From IMG/VR virus record IMGVR_UViG_3300011934_000017, positions 156,238 through 220,237 of that record: a DNA stretch of 64,000 nt; one strand, written 5' to 3'. The notes under the pieces were generated by a model, which was not told the DNA's origin, made no database searches, and saw only the letters and a program-made list of their open reading frames with translations. The number at the start of each line of letters is the position of its first letter. The first letter of the stretch is position 1. Positions 15,532-26,261 of the stretch are shown in pieces. Position numbers and translations under genes: made by a program.

Positions 15532-16677
15532 ATGGCTAAGAAAGCAAAAGCAGCACCAATTGAGACAACTACTAGCGGTGCACTGGCTGTAAAATACAGA
15601 CCTGCAAAACTGAAAGACTTGTCTGGTCAACCACATATCACTACTCAGCTAAAAGGCATGTTCAAGTCTCGAAAAGTACCTGGCGCTTTTTTGATTGAAG
15701 GTCAAACAGGCGGCGGTAAGACGACTCTAGCGCGTATCATTCATAGGTACTTGAACTGCGAGAAAGGTACGGCTTGCGGTAAATGTGAGTCATGCCGTAT
15801 TGACCCTAAGAACCATCCTGATCTTGTTGCTATAAACGCAGGTACTGATGGTAAAGTAGACGACATTCGAAAGCTTGTCAAAGGTGCGCGTGTTGCTCCT
15901 TACCACAACAAACGTATTATCCTGATCGACGAGGCACATAAGCTAACAGGTGCTGCGGCAGAAGCTTTGCTGGTACCTTTGGAAGAACCAAGTCGTGATA
16001 CCATCTGGATTTTGTGTACAACGAATCCTGAAAAGATGCTACCTACGATGATCAATCGTTGTGTGCATTTCACAATGAAGCCAGTCGAGCACCAAGATAT
16101 CGTTAGTCGCCTTACTTTCATTGCAGAGAAAGAGAAAGTAGATTTAAGCGGGGAAGACGGTCAAGAAGCTTTGAGCCTGATCGCTGACTTTTCCAACGGC
16201 AGTATGCGTCATGCTGTAGCGCTTCTGGAGTCTGTGCTTTATGCTGTCGCTGGCGGTGCAGATATCAGTAACAAAGAGGTACTGTCGGCGTTTATTCAAA
16301 ACTCCGAAGTTGATTTAGACAAGGCTGCCGTCAGTCTAGTCGCTGCACTAATGAATAATGATCTTAAAGGTGCTATTCGCTTTGTACGTAAAGCAGGTAA
16401 CACACGCGGTCTTGTAAGCAAGTCACGTTGGTTAATTGACTACTGTATAGGCGCTAAGACTAAGACAGCCAAGTTCAAGCCGTACTCCGGTCGATTGTTT
16501 GAGAAGCTGGTCTCCGACAAAGGTATTGACGTTCGATTGGATGCTTTGCTGTTGCTTCAGATGACCATTGTCGATGCTGAAATGAAGATGAATAGCACGT
16601 CCATCGATGAATCCGTTATTCTCCAAACAGCTATCGCCAAATACGCCTTCGATAATGTTGAGGAAGAGGAAGAGTAA
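15532..16677 (+). CDS. dnaX: Clamp loader ATPase, DNA polymerase III gamma/tau-like
   Basis: AVKYRP, Walker A GQTGGGKTT, Zn module CEKGTACGKCESC, Walker B LIDEAH, LEEP, NRC. Confidence 0.9.
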   Translation: MAKKAKAAPIETTTSGALAVKYRPAKLKDLSGQPHITTQLKGMFKSRKVPGAFLIEGQTGGGKTTLARIIHRYLNCEKGTACGKCESCRIDPKNHPDLVAINAGTDGKVDDIRKLVKGARVAPYHNKRIILIDEAHKLTGAAAEALLVPLEEPSRDTIWILCTTNPEKMLPTMINRCVHFTMKPVEHQDIVSRLTFIAEKEKVDLSGEDGQEALSLIADFSNGSMRHAVALLESVLYAVAGGADISNKEVLSAFIQNSEVDLDKAAVSLVAALMNNDLKGAIRFVRKAGNTRGLVSKSRWLIDYCIGAKTKTAKFKPYSGRLFEKLVSDKGIDVRLDALLLLQMTIVDAEMKMNSTSIDESVILQTAIAKYAFDNVEEEEE

Positions 16678-19055
16678 TGATAGAAGTCGATTCCTTTATT
16701 CTCCGAAATATCGTCTACTTCAACGAAGCCAAAGTTCCTGTACGTAAGAATAATGGTTTCGTTATCATTTCTGGTCTAAACAAAGACAGTCGTATTGCAG
16801 AAGATCAAAACAACGGTGCAGGTAAGTCATTGCTTTGGTCGGCGTTTCCTAACGCATTGTACGCGGCTGCTCCTTCTAGCACAGCTAAGAACACAAAGAA
16901 GGACATGCTGGACAGTTCTAAGTCTGAGATTGAAATACGTTTTAAGAACAACAGGCAGCAGAAGGTAAAGGTAGTTCAAAAGCCTTCTAAGTGGCTAGTG
17001 TACGAAGAAGAACCTGATGGTTCCCTGAAAGATATCAAGTCACACCGCGTATCTAATCAGCAAGAAAAAATAGCAGAACACTTTCCTCTTTCACAGGACG
17101 AGTTCTATGCTTACACATACCTATCCAGTATTCAAGGCCAGCGCCTGCACTTTCAAGTAGAAAAGCCTGCTGAACGCCTTAAGTTTATCACTTCTATTTT
17201 TCAGTTAGATGCTTATGACAAGCTGAAGAAATATTTTACCAACATGCTTGGTAGAATCAAGGATGAACAGACTAGGTTCTCCGTTCTTGAGTCGAAGCTT
17301 TTAAACGCTAACGTCCAGCTTGAAAGAATCCAATGGACTGAAGAATCAGTAGAGAAAGCCAAGAGAGCCAAGGAAAGCTTTGCTGATCTAAAAGTGAGGC
17401 GTGATAGTATAGCAAGAAGCGTTTCTAAAGGTGAGACACGAGTAGGTCAAATAAAGTCTTTGGTTCGTCTGCTAGAAAAGAAAGAAGCGTTAGGTATTCC
17501 AGAAGATACCGATGTTGACGATATGAAAGCCAAGCTTTGTGTACGGATGAAAATCATTCGAGACTATGAAGCTTACCTCAAGGAGCTAAAATCGTACCAA
17601 AAGCGTGTGTCTAAAATCGAAGAGGCTTTGGAAGAACTCAACACCAAAGACTTGACCGATAAAAAGACGTTGAACAAAAAGCTTCCTAAGCTTCACAGTA
17701 AAGCAGAAGATTTGGTTGCTGATATTGAAAGGGCGCGGGAAAGCGAACGTAAAAGAAGCAGGCTTGCCGATAAAGTAAAAGAGTGCCGTAAAGAACTCAA
17801 AAGCTTAGGCTTCTCCTCTGCTGATGACGTTGATACAGATACCGATTTGGACGATGATATTTCTATCTGTCGTACCACACTCCAGTTAAAGAAGCTTTTA
17901 GACTCCAGCTCCGACTCTACTTGTCCTACCTGTATGCAGTCAGTAGACCTGAAGTCCATCAAGACCAGTGTTAAGAAAGCAGAAAAGCGTCTGAAGAAAC
18001 TGGAGACATTGAACAAGGCACGGCGTGTTCTTACCGAGCTGCAAGACTTTGAAACAGAGCTAGAGTCTGTGGAGAAAGTTGATTCTGTCGATAGTCTAAA
18101 AGAAACATTGAATGATACCAAATCGAAAATTCAAGCTGCCGAGAAAGAACTCAAATTGCACGGTCGCTTGCAAGAATTAAAAGAACAGCTTGCGGAAGAG
18201 GAAGAACCTAAGGCACCTAAAAAGACGCCACCTAAAAACGCCTCCATAGATGACATAGATGAAAAGCTGGCGCTGTTGAATGAGTTTGCCAAGATCGACC
18301 ATTCTATCGAAGTGTTGATCGACGGTAGTAGCTTTTTGCTAAAGGCTTCCAAGAGTCCTGAGAAAGCATTGTCTAAGACCAAGATACAGTTAGATGATCT
18401 TTCGGCACAACTGGCTAAGCTTGATGCCGCCTATAAGATGGTGTCTAAACTTGTTAGTGAGTACGACCTGCGTCTCGGCGAATACAGGGTTCTTTCAAAA
18501 CAGAAGATTGAGCTGGAAGCCGAGTTAGAAGAGATTAAACCTATTCTTGAAAAGAGGGACCTGTACAAAGCACTAGAAAAAGCGTATAGCGCAAAAGGCT
18601 TGAAAGTATCTAAGGCTAATGAGATTGTACGTCTATTGGAAGCCAACCTGAATCGTTACTCTAATCTGATCTTTGCAGAACCATTTACGTTCAAAGTATA
18701 CGCGACTGAGCAAGGTGTCTTTTGCGACGTAGACCGAAACTCTGGTAAAGATTCTGATGTGCGCCTGCTTTCCGGCTCCGAGTCTGATAGTTTCCGTCTG
18801 CTGTTTATGCTAAGTCTATTACTTATGGTTCCGTCAGATCGCCGTACAAACTTCGTGGTGTTAGATGAACCTGAGTCACACATGGATCCCAGAACGCGCA
18901 ATCTGTTTGCAGAGCGTTACATTCCTTTTCTACGCGAAGTAGTTCCACACCTATTCTTGATTACTCCACAAGACCATCATATCTATAGTGACTTTGATCA
19001 TTGGACTGTCGAGAAAGCTAACGGTGTTTCTACTCTCAAAATCAATTCACTGTAA
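16677..19055 (+). CDS. sbcC: SbcC/Rad50-like SMC ATPase
   Basis: NNGAGKS, coiled coils with central CPTC hook, LSGSES signature, LDEPESHMD. Confidence 0.9.
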   Translation: MIEVDSFILRNIVYFNEAKVPVRKNNGFVIISGLNKDSRIAEDQNNGAGKSLLWSAFPNALYAAAPSSTAKNTKKDMLDSSKSEIEIRFKNNRQQKVKVVQKPSKWLVYEEEPDGSLKDIKSHRVSNQQEKIAEHFPLSQDEFYAYTYLSSIQGQRLHFQVEKPAERLKFITSIFQLDAYDKLKKYFTNMLGRIKDEQTRFSVLESKLLNANVQLERIQWTEESVEKAKRAKESFADLKVRRDSIARSVSKGETRVGQIKSLVRLLEKKEALGIPEDTDVDDMKAKLCVRMKIIRDYEAYLKELKSYQKRVSKIEEALEELNTKDLTDKKTLNKKLPKLHSKAEDLVADIERARESERKRSRLADKVKECRKELKSLGFSSADDVDTDTDLDDDISICRTTLQLKKLLDSSSDSTCPTCMQSVDLKSIKTSVKKAEKRLKKLETLNKARRVLTELQDFETELESVEKVDSVDSLKETLNDTKSKIQAAEKELKLHGRLQELKEQLAEEEEPKAPKKTPPKNASIDDIDEKLALLNEFAKIDHSIEVLIDGSSFLLKASKSPEKALSKTKIQLDDLSAQLAKLDAAYKMVSKLVSEYDLRLGEYRVLSKQKIELEAELEEIKPILEKRDLYKALEKAYSAKGLKVSKANEIVRLLEANLNRYSNLIFAEPFTFKVYATEQGVFCDVDRNSGKDSDVRLLSGSESDSFRLLFMLSLLLMVPSDRRTNFVVLDEPESHMDPRTRNLFAERYIPFLREVVPHLFLITPQDHHIYSDFDHWTVEKANGVSTLKINSL

Positions 19056-19065
19056 GGGTACCACC

Positions 19066-19398
19066 ATGTTCCGTCAGCGATTTTCTTGTCTGAATCTTCC
19101 TCAGCACCAGTTCAACGATACGTTTCGACTTTGGTTATCGGACTTGGATATCGCTAGACCCTTTTTGTTGGATGCTGATTGTGAAGAGTATTTTGTAATA
19201 GGTCAAAACGCTTTCAGCTTCATTGTACGTATGGAAGATCGAAGCTACCATTCTGTGCCTGCACAAGGATTAGATAATTATCTAGGCTTGCTAAACAATG
19301 TAAAAGTCTACGGTAACGCATTAAGCAAATCCGATAATAAAAAAGCTTTTGACCTACACGACAACGACATTGAATATAGGATAGAATACAAATGTTAG
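19066..19398 (+). CDS. Hypothetical protein
   Basis: ATG 19066 after AAGGG; overlaps the next start. Confidence 0.7.
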   Translation: MFRQRFSCLNLPQHQFNDTFRLWLSDLDIARPFLLDADCEEYFVIGQNAFSFIVRMEDRSYHSVPAQGLDNYLGLLNNVKVYGNALSKSDNKKAFDLHDNDIEYRIEYKC

Positions 19399-20150
19399 TT
19401 CTTGGTTCCGCTAACCACTCTCCCGATTTTATTTTGGTTTACCTGAAAAAGAAACTCAAAGCAGAAGAAAACAGAATAGCGCTGATAGCCTCCGAGACAC
19501 GTATAGTAAACAAACGAAAGCCTTTCGACTTCTATATTTTTCTGAATCCTAAGGCGTTGCGTCGGAACCTGAAAATCGTGAATAAATTGGACAGTGTAGG
19601 TATTGTTTGCGGTCCACCTATTGAGCTAAACAACTTCGAAAATTTAATGCCTTTAGATCACGAAGAGTCTGACTCTCCACATCTGGAGGCTTTTTTGTTG
19701 GACACAATAGATAGAAACTCCTTTAAGCCGAAACAGTCACAACCTATTGTGTATCGTTCTATTGACTATGCTATGGTTGTGCAGGACAAAGTGGAGTCTT
19801 TTACAGGTATCCTCACGTCTTTTATGACGTTTGTTTATACGATGCCTAGCTCTTCGCACCAGAAACCCGTTAAAGAATTGGCGTGTAAATGGTTGGTCAG
19901 CGGAGCGTCTTTGGAGCAGCTAGAGAAAAAGCTCCAAGAGCTAACGAAAGACGTATACCTTACAGATAAGCAGAAGGCCCGATTCCTTTCGTTGTTGAGT
20001 TCTGAATCGGCATTGGCATACAAGGACGCCTTACAAGAAGCTAAACAATACTCCATAGACAGCATAGATTTCCGCAATATTGCAGACAAGCATTCCGTGT
20101 CAGCTTACGAAATGCGCTATATGCTGTCCGTTGTAAAAGCTCTGAAGTAG
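19392..20150 (+). CDS. Hypothetical protein
   Basis: 252-aa ORF coupled within the replication operon. Confidence 0.75.
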   Translation: MLVLGSANHSPDFILVYLKKKLKAEENRIALIASETRIVNKRKPFDFYIFLNPKALRRNLKIVNKLDSVGIVCGPPIELNNFENLMPLDHEESDSPHLEAFLLDTIDRNSFKPKQSQPIVYRSIDYAMVVQDKVESFTGILTSFMTFVYTMPSSSHQKPVKELACKWLVSGASLEQLEKKLQELTKDVYLTDKQKARFLSLLSSESALAYKDALQEAKQYSIDSIDFRNIADKHSVSAYEMRYMLSVVKALK

Positions 20151-20181
20151 TGTAAATAGTTTCTACACAAGGAGATTAATA

Positions 20182-20367
20182 ATGCCTAAAAATTGCTGTA
20201 ACGAATCGCTTGCTCTTGTATCGGTATACGATGCTCCTGAATCGGGCTATGCGTATAATCTGTTTGTCTGCCAGTCTTGCGGCACCATAATCAAAGAAGA
20301 TGTTTGGAGCAATTCAGGCACCTTGACAGTAAAGACAAACGGTGAGGTAGTACATGAGCGTTCTTGA
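20182..20367 (+). CDS. Small putative zinc-binding protein
   Basis: CC...CQSC; GGAG RBS; TGTAAATA at 20151-20158; overlaps the sbcD start. Confidence 0.7.
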   Translation: MPKNCCNESLALVSVYDAPESGYAYNLFVCQSCGTIIKEDVWSNSGTLTVKTNGEVVHERS

Positions 20368-21418
20368 GGGTATTGCAACTGCGGACTGGCATTTTGGTGG
20401 ACTAGCTAAGCACTTTCCAGATCACGTTCAACGGACCATATACGAAATAGACAAGGTATATCGGTACGCTATAGAGAACGGTATTCAACACGTATTTATG
20501 CCGGGTGATGTTAGCGATACACCACACATGCCTTACGAAGTGTATATCGCGCTTGTCCTGTTCCTTAAGAAATACGACGGTCTGATTAATACCTATTACA
20601 TTCCTGGCAATCACGATTTTTCAGACGTTAAGAAAACAAGCATGGACCTTCTTAACGTTCTTTACCAAAATCAGTTCTTCGAGACATTCCATCTACATCT
20701 ACAGTACAAAGAAGATGAAATTGATGGGGTGCCTATTAATTTCCTTCCTTATCCTATGAAAGAAGCGCCTGCTTCTAATATTCCTCACCTAAATTTCTCT
20801 CACATAACATATAACGGCGCCATTGGTGATAACGGACGCAAGCTTAGGGTAAACGACGAGTTTATACAGAATCCCGGTGATTTTAATATAAGTGGGCATA
20901 TTCACCAGTACCAGTATATGAAGTCTAAGCGAGCCGTTTATTGTGGTAATCCATTTCAGAAAAACTTTGGAGAGAAACTGCCAAAAGGCTCCATTCATTT
21001 CAAAGCTTCTGGTGGAAAAGAGAAGATTGGATTTAAGCACAAATTTGTAGACAACAAACCTGACTTCAAGCTTCTTAACATCAAGATAGAAAGCAGGGAT
21101 GACTTTGCAAAACTATCTACATCCGATGCTTATCGCTACAAACTATGGATAGCTCCGGGTATCGAACTTCCCAAAGACTTGCGTGTTCGCTTCCCTAACA
21201 TAACAGGTGGCATTTTCGATCTTGAGTCCAAGGTAAAAACAAAAGAGATTGAAGCCGCTAGAGATTTGGCTACGGGTTCTGTTTCGAACAGAGTAGACCT
21301 TACTTCTGGTCTTAAAACTTATATGAAGAAATCTGGCTTCAAAAAGAGAGAATACCAAGAAGCCAAGTCTATAGTCAAGCAAGCCGCCAACGAACTCGGT
21401 TTAGATTTAGGAGAATGA
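20354..21418 (+). CDS. sbcD: SbcD/Mre11-like metallophosphoesterase nuclease
   Basis: ADWHFG, PGDVSD, PGNHD, SHI, SGHIH. Confidence 0.9.
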   Translation: MSVLEGIATADWHFGGLAKHFPDHVQRTIYEIDKVYRYAIENGIQHVFMPGDVSDTPHMPYEVYIALVLFLKKYDGLINTYYIPGNHDFSDVKKTSMDLLNVLYQNQFFETFHLHLQYKEDEIDGVPINFLPYPMKEAPASNIPHLNFSHITYNGAIGDNGRKLRVNDEFIQNPGDFNISGHIHQYQYMKSKRAVYCGNPFQKNFGEKLPKGSIHFKASGGKEKIGFKHKFVDNKPDFKLLNIKIESRDDFAKLSTSDAYRYKLWIAPGIELPKDLRVRFPNITGGIFDLESKVKTKEIEAARDLATGSVSNRVDLTSGLKTYMKKSGFKKREYQEAKSIVKQAANELGLDLGE

Positions 21419-21419
21419 A

Positions 21420-21767
21420 ATGCCAAAACGTCTTTATTATATCTGCGATCCTAATTTACCCGTAGCGACTCCTAAACGTATTCAGCTTTCGGGTCGTTGT
21501 CTTCATTTTTTCGATCTGAAGGACCTAACGTACATAGGACAATCTTATGGAGCTTTAGCTCTATCGCATAGAGGTATTTCTATCTGTGTAGGTCTTGAAA
21601 TGGCTAAGAAACTTTCCAGCCGGAACAAAGATTACGTGTACGTGTTTGACACATTAAATATAGAAGTAAGCGATACTGAAGCCTTTTGTCGATCCATAAT
21701 AGAAATGTTACGTGATAGAATGGAGGCGACTTGGTATCCGCCTGCAGGATTTGAAAGAGGAGTCTGA
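21420..21767 (+). CDS. Hypothetical protein
   Basis: GGAGA RBS, 1 nt after the sbcD stop. Confidence 0.7.
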   Translation: MPKRLYYICDPNLPVATPKRIQLSGRCLHFFDLKDLTYIGQSYGALALSHRGISICVGLEMAKKLSSRNKDYVYVFDTLNIEVSDTEAFCRSIIEMLRDRMEATWYPPAGFERGV

Positions 21768-21953
21768 TTTATATAAATGTAGGAGTTTCTTTGGTTTTGT
21801 AATTTATCTATGAAAAGTCGCTATATACTTTTCCTACTTTATCCGACAAATAGTAATTTGTTAATGTCACTGAAGCATAGAGTGACCCGGGCGCAAGCTC
21901 TATGTTTCAGAAGCATTGCTCATTGATAAGTTTCAAAAACTGGAGGCTCCAAC

Positions 21954-22847
21954 ATGGCCACTCGTAATAAAGTAAAAGATCCGCTTGACAAGAAAAAGCG
22001 GAAAAAGGTAGACAATAGTCCTGAAGCCAAAAAGCGTCGTAAAGACGCGAAAAAGGACTACAACAAAAACAAGAACAAGGCCAAGCAATCGCGTAAGAAA
22101 GCTGAAGCCAAAATGACGCCTAAGCAGGAACGTCTGAAGAAAGAACGTGGTTACGTCCTACGTCTTCGGAATAAAGGCGTCAGTGAAGCTGAAGTTAAGC
22201 GCAAGCTGAAAGATTACCGTGCCAAGCTGAAAGGCGAGCCTACTTCTGCGGCCAAACGCAAAGCAGCTACAAAAGCTCTACGTGAAAAATTCGGCGCAGC
22301 CCGTAAAAAGATCATTTCCGATCGTCGGGAAGCTCGCGGTATTTACAAGAAAGCTCGTGAAGCCAACAAGAAGTTGGAGTCACCGGCCAAGCGTAAAGCC
22401 GCTAACTTGAAAGCTAAAGGTAAGTTCCAGAAAAAGCTTGCTGCTCTGACTAAGCGCCGTACTAAGCTTATCGAGTCTCGCAAGAAAGCTTCTGAGAATA
22501 TTAAGGCCAAGTATCCTCGTGCCCCTCGTGCAACGGGCGGTAAGAAGCCTACTCCTACGAAGCCGAAGCCGGGACGCAAGCCTGGCAGTCGCAAGCCTGC
22601 TGATAAACTTCCGCCGAAGAAAGATGGCCGTAAAAAGCCGAAAACCGGTGATAAGAAGCCAAAAGCTGGAGGCACAGGCAAGAAAGGCGGAGACCGTAAG
22701 CCAAAAGCTGGAGGCAAGAAGCCAACTTTGAAGACTGATGGACCGAAGCCCGGCGGCAAGAAGCCGAAAGCTGGAGGCACAGGCAAGAAAGGTGGAGATC
22801 GTAAGCCGAAAGCTGGCGCTAAAGTACCACGTCGCGCCAAGAAGTAA
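21954..22847 (+). CDS. Lys/Arg-rich histone H1-like DNA-binding protein
   Basis: 115 K+R of 297 aa by count; GGAGG RBS; PKAGG repeats; own leader and terminator. Confidence 0.8.
   Translation: MATRNKVKDPLDKKKRKKVDNSPEAKKRRKDAKKDYNKNKNKAKQSRKKAEAKMTPKQERLKKERGYVLRLRNKGVSEAEVKRKLKDYRAKLKGEPTSAAKRKAATKALREKFGAARKKIISDRREARGIYKKAREANKKLESPAKRKAANLKAKGKFQKKLAALTKRRTKLIESRKKASENIKAKYPRAPRATGGKKPTPTKPKPGRKPGSRKPADKLPPKKDGRKKPKTGDKKPKAGGTGKKGGDRKPKAGGKKPTLKTDGPKPGGKKPKAGGTGKKGGDRKPKAGAKVPRRAKK
22653..22816 (+). repeat. Two 59-nt coding direct repeats (KKPKAGGTGKKGGDRKPKAG)
   Basis: 22653-22711 and 22758-22816, differing only at synonymous positions. Confidence 0.85.
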
Positions 22848-22885
22848 AACGCTATCAAGCTTAGTTAAGTACGGCTAATGCCGTG

Positions 22886-22925
22886 AAACGCGCAATAAGG
22901 CCGAGCCCTGTTGCGCGTTTTTTTT
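22886..22925 (+). terminator. Rho-independent terminator
   Basis: AAACGCGCAA...TTGCGCGTTT stem followed by T run. Confidence 0.8.
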
Positions 22926-22943
22926 GTTTCCAAGGAATTTTTT

Positions 22944-24044
22944 ATGAGCACACCACTAAAAATTGCAGACCAGAGTCAGAATATGGAAGACCTGCGCAAT
23001 GCCCGTTCTTATAATGATATTGTGGTTGTTTTAACTCGCATAATGACAGCATCAAATTCTATTCGCTCTAAAGTATCCAAATATCTGCTAAAAGTTTCCA
23101 ATACTGATCTTGATATTGATTCTGGTGAAATTCAATTTGATAGAGGTGATCTACGTAAGGTACATGCGGATCTAACTACACTCGAAGTGGCTGTTTATGA
23201 AGTGCGTTATGCCCGATCTATAGTCCACATTGTACCTTCCGACGAAAAGCTAAGTAAGCTGGAAACTTTATTCACTCGACTAGACAATCAGTTGGTTCGT
23301 TCGAAAAACACTTGCTTTAAATACTTGGACGAGGTAGGTAAACGTTTAGAGCCTGAAAAACTTCAAGATTTCTATACCTTTGTTACCAAGGTTCTGTCTC
23401 GCAGTCTTCCTCAAGTACGTATTTCTACGTTTTTGATTCCTACACCTGATGATAAGACTTCCATCGTTCGTTACATAGTTCTCAGAGGCTTGACCACAAA
23501 AGGCGGTTATACTGTCCCAGAGTTTCTGATAGCGCTTCATGCCCAAAACAATTTTGATGACTCTTATTCCTATCTCATTTCTTTTCCTGTTCGTCCGCTA
23601 GATACGGAGAACAAGGTATCGATAGCTTCGAAAGGTAAACTGGAAAGTCTGTTGAGAGATAAGATATCTAACCTATTTCAGGTGAAAAAAGTAAAGTCTA
23701 TCTCCATTAAGACTCGCAGACCTATTGAATTGTTGTCCAGTGTACGTTCTGTGGAAGTTGACAGAGGGGAAGTAAGAGTGAACCTCGAATCAGGCTCAAC
23801 AGGTTCTGACATAAACCAGATTCTAAGTCGTTGCCTGCCTTTACTTCATGCTGCCTTTGAGACAAAAGACCCTAGAATTGACATTCTACACAGGGTAGAG
23901 GCCAAGTCTGACGGTTCAAAACTGATCACATTTCTTGTGGCTAATCGTAATTTTCATGATAAGAAGGCTCTTGATGCGTTTCGAGACGTTTTGAATCTTG
24001 GAAACGAATCTTACACCAATCTACTCAATTCACTGGACGACTAA
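22944..24044 (+). CDS. Hypothetical protein (putative virion)
   Basis: ATG 22944 with AAGGA RBS. Confidence 0.75.
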   Translation: MSTPLKIADQSQNMEDLRNARSYNDIVVVLTRIMTASNSIRSKVSKYLLKVSNTDLDIDSGEIQFDRGDLRKVHADLTTLEVAVYEVRYARSIVHIVPSDEKLSKLETLFTRLDNQLVRSKNTCFKYLDEVGKRLEPEKLQDFYTFVTKVLSRSLPQVRISTFLIPTPDDKTSIVRYIVLRGLTTKGGYTVPEFLIALHAQNNFDDSYSYLISFPVRPLDTENKVSIASKGKLESLLRDKISNLFQVKKVKSISIKTRRPIELLSSVRSVEVDRGEVRVNLESGSTGSDINQILSRCLPLLHAAFETKDPRIDILHRVEAKSDGSKLITFLVANRNFHDKKALDAFRDVLNLGNESYTNLLNSLDD

Positions 24045-24045
24045 T

Positions 24046-25233
24046 ATGCTACCCAATTTCATGAAAAAATTGCGGTCTTTCCGCGATGTTTTGAACTTCA
24101 TTCGCACGGCTCCTGCTGCTGCTATAATGCGTCTTTTTACTTCGCGTAAAAGCAAATATGATGAACTAATGCGCAAGGTAGATGGATTCGTTACTATCCT
24201 TGAGGCCAGCGACAACGTAACTACTCTCGATGTGTCTGGAGGACCTGTAAAGAAAGGCGGAAAGACTGTAAGCTTTAAAGACCGTGCTGCCGTACCTATC
24301 GACAACTTCAAGGTACCGAATCGGAGTAAGCTTGCCGAAGACGTTCAACTGTTTGAAGGATTGGAGCAGTCCCTCGAAGAGCTTGAAGCAATGATGCTTG
24401 GTATCAGAAACCGAAAAGATCCTGCATCCCGCAAGTTTATGAAAGAAATGAAAGAATATCACGTTAACATGACCAAACAACGGGATAAACTTCACGATGC
24501 TATGGATGACCTGTCCAATAAGCATCTTCCGCCTGAAATGAAAAAGCTGATTGCGGCACTGCTTCGACACGTCGATGCCACTATTCCTAAGGATTCTTAC
24601 GAAGGCATGAGTCGTGACGTGTATGTTACCTCTCACAATTCTTTAGGTAACGACAAAGACAACGAGCCTATAGAGTTTACCTGTTATCTGTATATAGAAG
24701 GTCTGATGGAAGATGCTTTTAGAACAAAAGAGTTGATTTTGGTACTTACAGGTACTGTTCATGAAGACGTATCGAAAGCAGGTTCTTCCTTCTATCTGAC
24801 ATTCAACCTCACTGCTCTGACACGTTTTGCTAATCCAGGTGCTTTCAAAGAAGGCAAAGATTTAGCAGGTACCAATCTATCTAGTCTGATCAAGTCTATG
24901 GAGAAAGAAGCTACTCGCCTTATTTCTATGAACTCTATGATGCCGCATATTGGACGTAGAAAGCTGAAAGCAACACCTCAGCAGATTCAATACAGCGGCA
25001 TTATGGACGTTGACGGTGTACTGGACGTTGGTGTTGAAGAGGACAATGTTGTTATCAAAGTCATCGATATGGACGACGATGTTATCAACGAAGATCTGTG
25101 GCCCGAAATCATCGTCTATCTGCGCAAGGTACTTCGTGCGCCTCGCAAGTCCTCTTTCGTATACACAATAGAGAAAGCAAAAGGCGTTAAGTATATTCGG
25201 GTATCCAGCGTAAACAACCCAGCGAGTGTTTAA
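24046..25233 (+). CDS. Hypothetical protein (putative virion)
   Basis: ATG 24046, 1 nt after the upstream stop. Confidence 0.75.
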   Translation: MLPNFMKKLRSFRDVLNFIRTAPAAAIMRLFTSRKSKYDELMRKVDGFVTILEASDNVTTLDVSGGPVKKGGKTVSFKDRAAVPIDNFKVPNRSKLAEDVQLFEGLEQSLEELEAMMLGIRNRKDPASRKFMKEMKEYHVNMTKQRDKLHDAMDDLSNKHLPPEMKKLIAALLRHVDATIPKDSYEGMSRDVYVTSHNSLGNDKDNEPIEFTCYLYIEGLMEDAFRTKELILVLTGTVHEDVSKAGSSFYLTFNLTALTRFANPGAFKEGKDLAGTNLSSLIKSMEKEATRLISMNSMMPHIGRRKLKATPQQIQYSGIMDVDGVLDVGVEEDNVVIKVIDMDDDVINEDLWPEIIVYLRKVLRAPRKSSFVYTIEKAKGVKYIRVSSVNNPASV

Positions 25234-25256
25234 GTCACCGCTCAGGAGGTGACATA

Positions 25257-26261
25257 ATGTATATTCATCAAAGAGCTGGGTTCATCCATCAAAGAACTGG
25301 CTCAAACTTTCGAGTAACACCTTGGCCGACTTCTGGCGCAGGGCATTTTCGACTATTTAACAAACCTAAGCTAAGCACCGATCTATCTGTTATTGCGGAG
25401 TATATAGCGGAAGCCCTTTTCAATACTAACAGAGCGTTCGTTAGGCATTCCACTTTCACACTGGTCAATGTTGTGTCACCTATCGCTAATCTCAGCTATG
25501 GGTACAACAAAGAACCGTATGAATCCATACGTCGTTTTCATCCCCTGTCATTTACGTTCGCGTTTACTCGACGTGATACTTACAACGGTGTGTATCGCCC
25601 TCGTTTTATGCTGCGTCCGTATCCTCAAACTACATTCTGGGGATTCACGTTATTAGGAAATTCTGACTTTCTCACAGTCAATATTCCTAAGCGTGTTATG
25701 AGAGAAGCGGGACTACTCATTCCCAACATGCGTGAAATGGAATGGCTGTACATGGCGATAGGAGCTTTCTCTAAAGGCTTTGCACGACAGTTTGATTTCT
25801 ATACGACGAAAGGAATGTTTCGACAGAAGCCTATTTCCGTAGAAGTAGCTAAAAGTAGATTCTATCACGCTCGCTTTCAAGCCATGTTAAAGCGGGTGCC
25901 TTATAACTACTGGGGCTACAACAGGGATATGTGGCAGCTTGCTCCCAACTTCATTAGTCCTCGTGCTGCAAACGAAGACTTTCTGGACTTCTACTGCCGC
26001 TATCTGTCGGAAGAGTTTTACGAACAGTACAAGACCAACAATGTTAAACGCATTGAACGTGCAGCCCGTGATTACCTGAAGCCAGGTGTACAGCAAGCGA
26101 TTAATGCTGTTAACGCACAGTCGATTCCTGATAACCCTAGTAGAAATTTCTTGACCGTTCAACACATGCTAGACAACAATATCAGCAGTCTAGGCAGAAA
26201 AACTGGTGTGGATAACATCGTTCAAGATTTACTATCCAACAACTTTGGAGAAGATTCATGA
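25257..26261 (+). CDS. Hypothetical protein, aromatic/Arg-rich
   Basis: AGGAGG RBS; 334-aa ORF. Confidence 0.75.
   Translation: MYIHQRAGFIHQRTGSNFRVTPWPTSGAGHFRLFNKPKLSTDLSVIAEYIAEALFNTNRAFVRHSTFTLVNVVSPIANLSYGYNKEPYESIRRFHPLSFTFAFTRRDTYNGVYRPRFMLRPYPQTTFWGFTLLGNSDFLTVNIPKRVMREAGLLIPNMREMEWLYMAIGAFSKGFARQFDFYTTKGMFRQKPISVEVAKSRFYHARFQAMLKRVPYNYWGYNRDMWQLAPNFISPRAANEDFLDFYCRYLSEEFYEQYKTNNVKRIERAARDYLKPGVQQAINAVNAQSIPDNPSRNFLTVQHMLDNNISSLGRKTGVDNIVQDLLSNNFGEDS

Noticed and set aside
22343-22858. Hydrophobic Pro/Phe/Gly-rich - strand ORF
   Set aside because: Antisense of the Lys-rich repeats.
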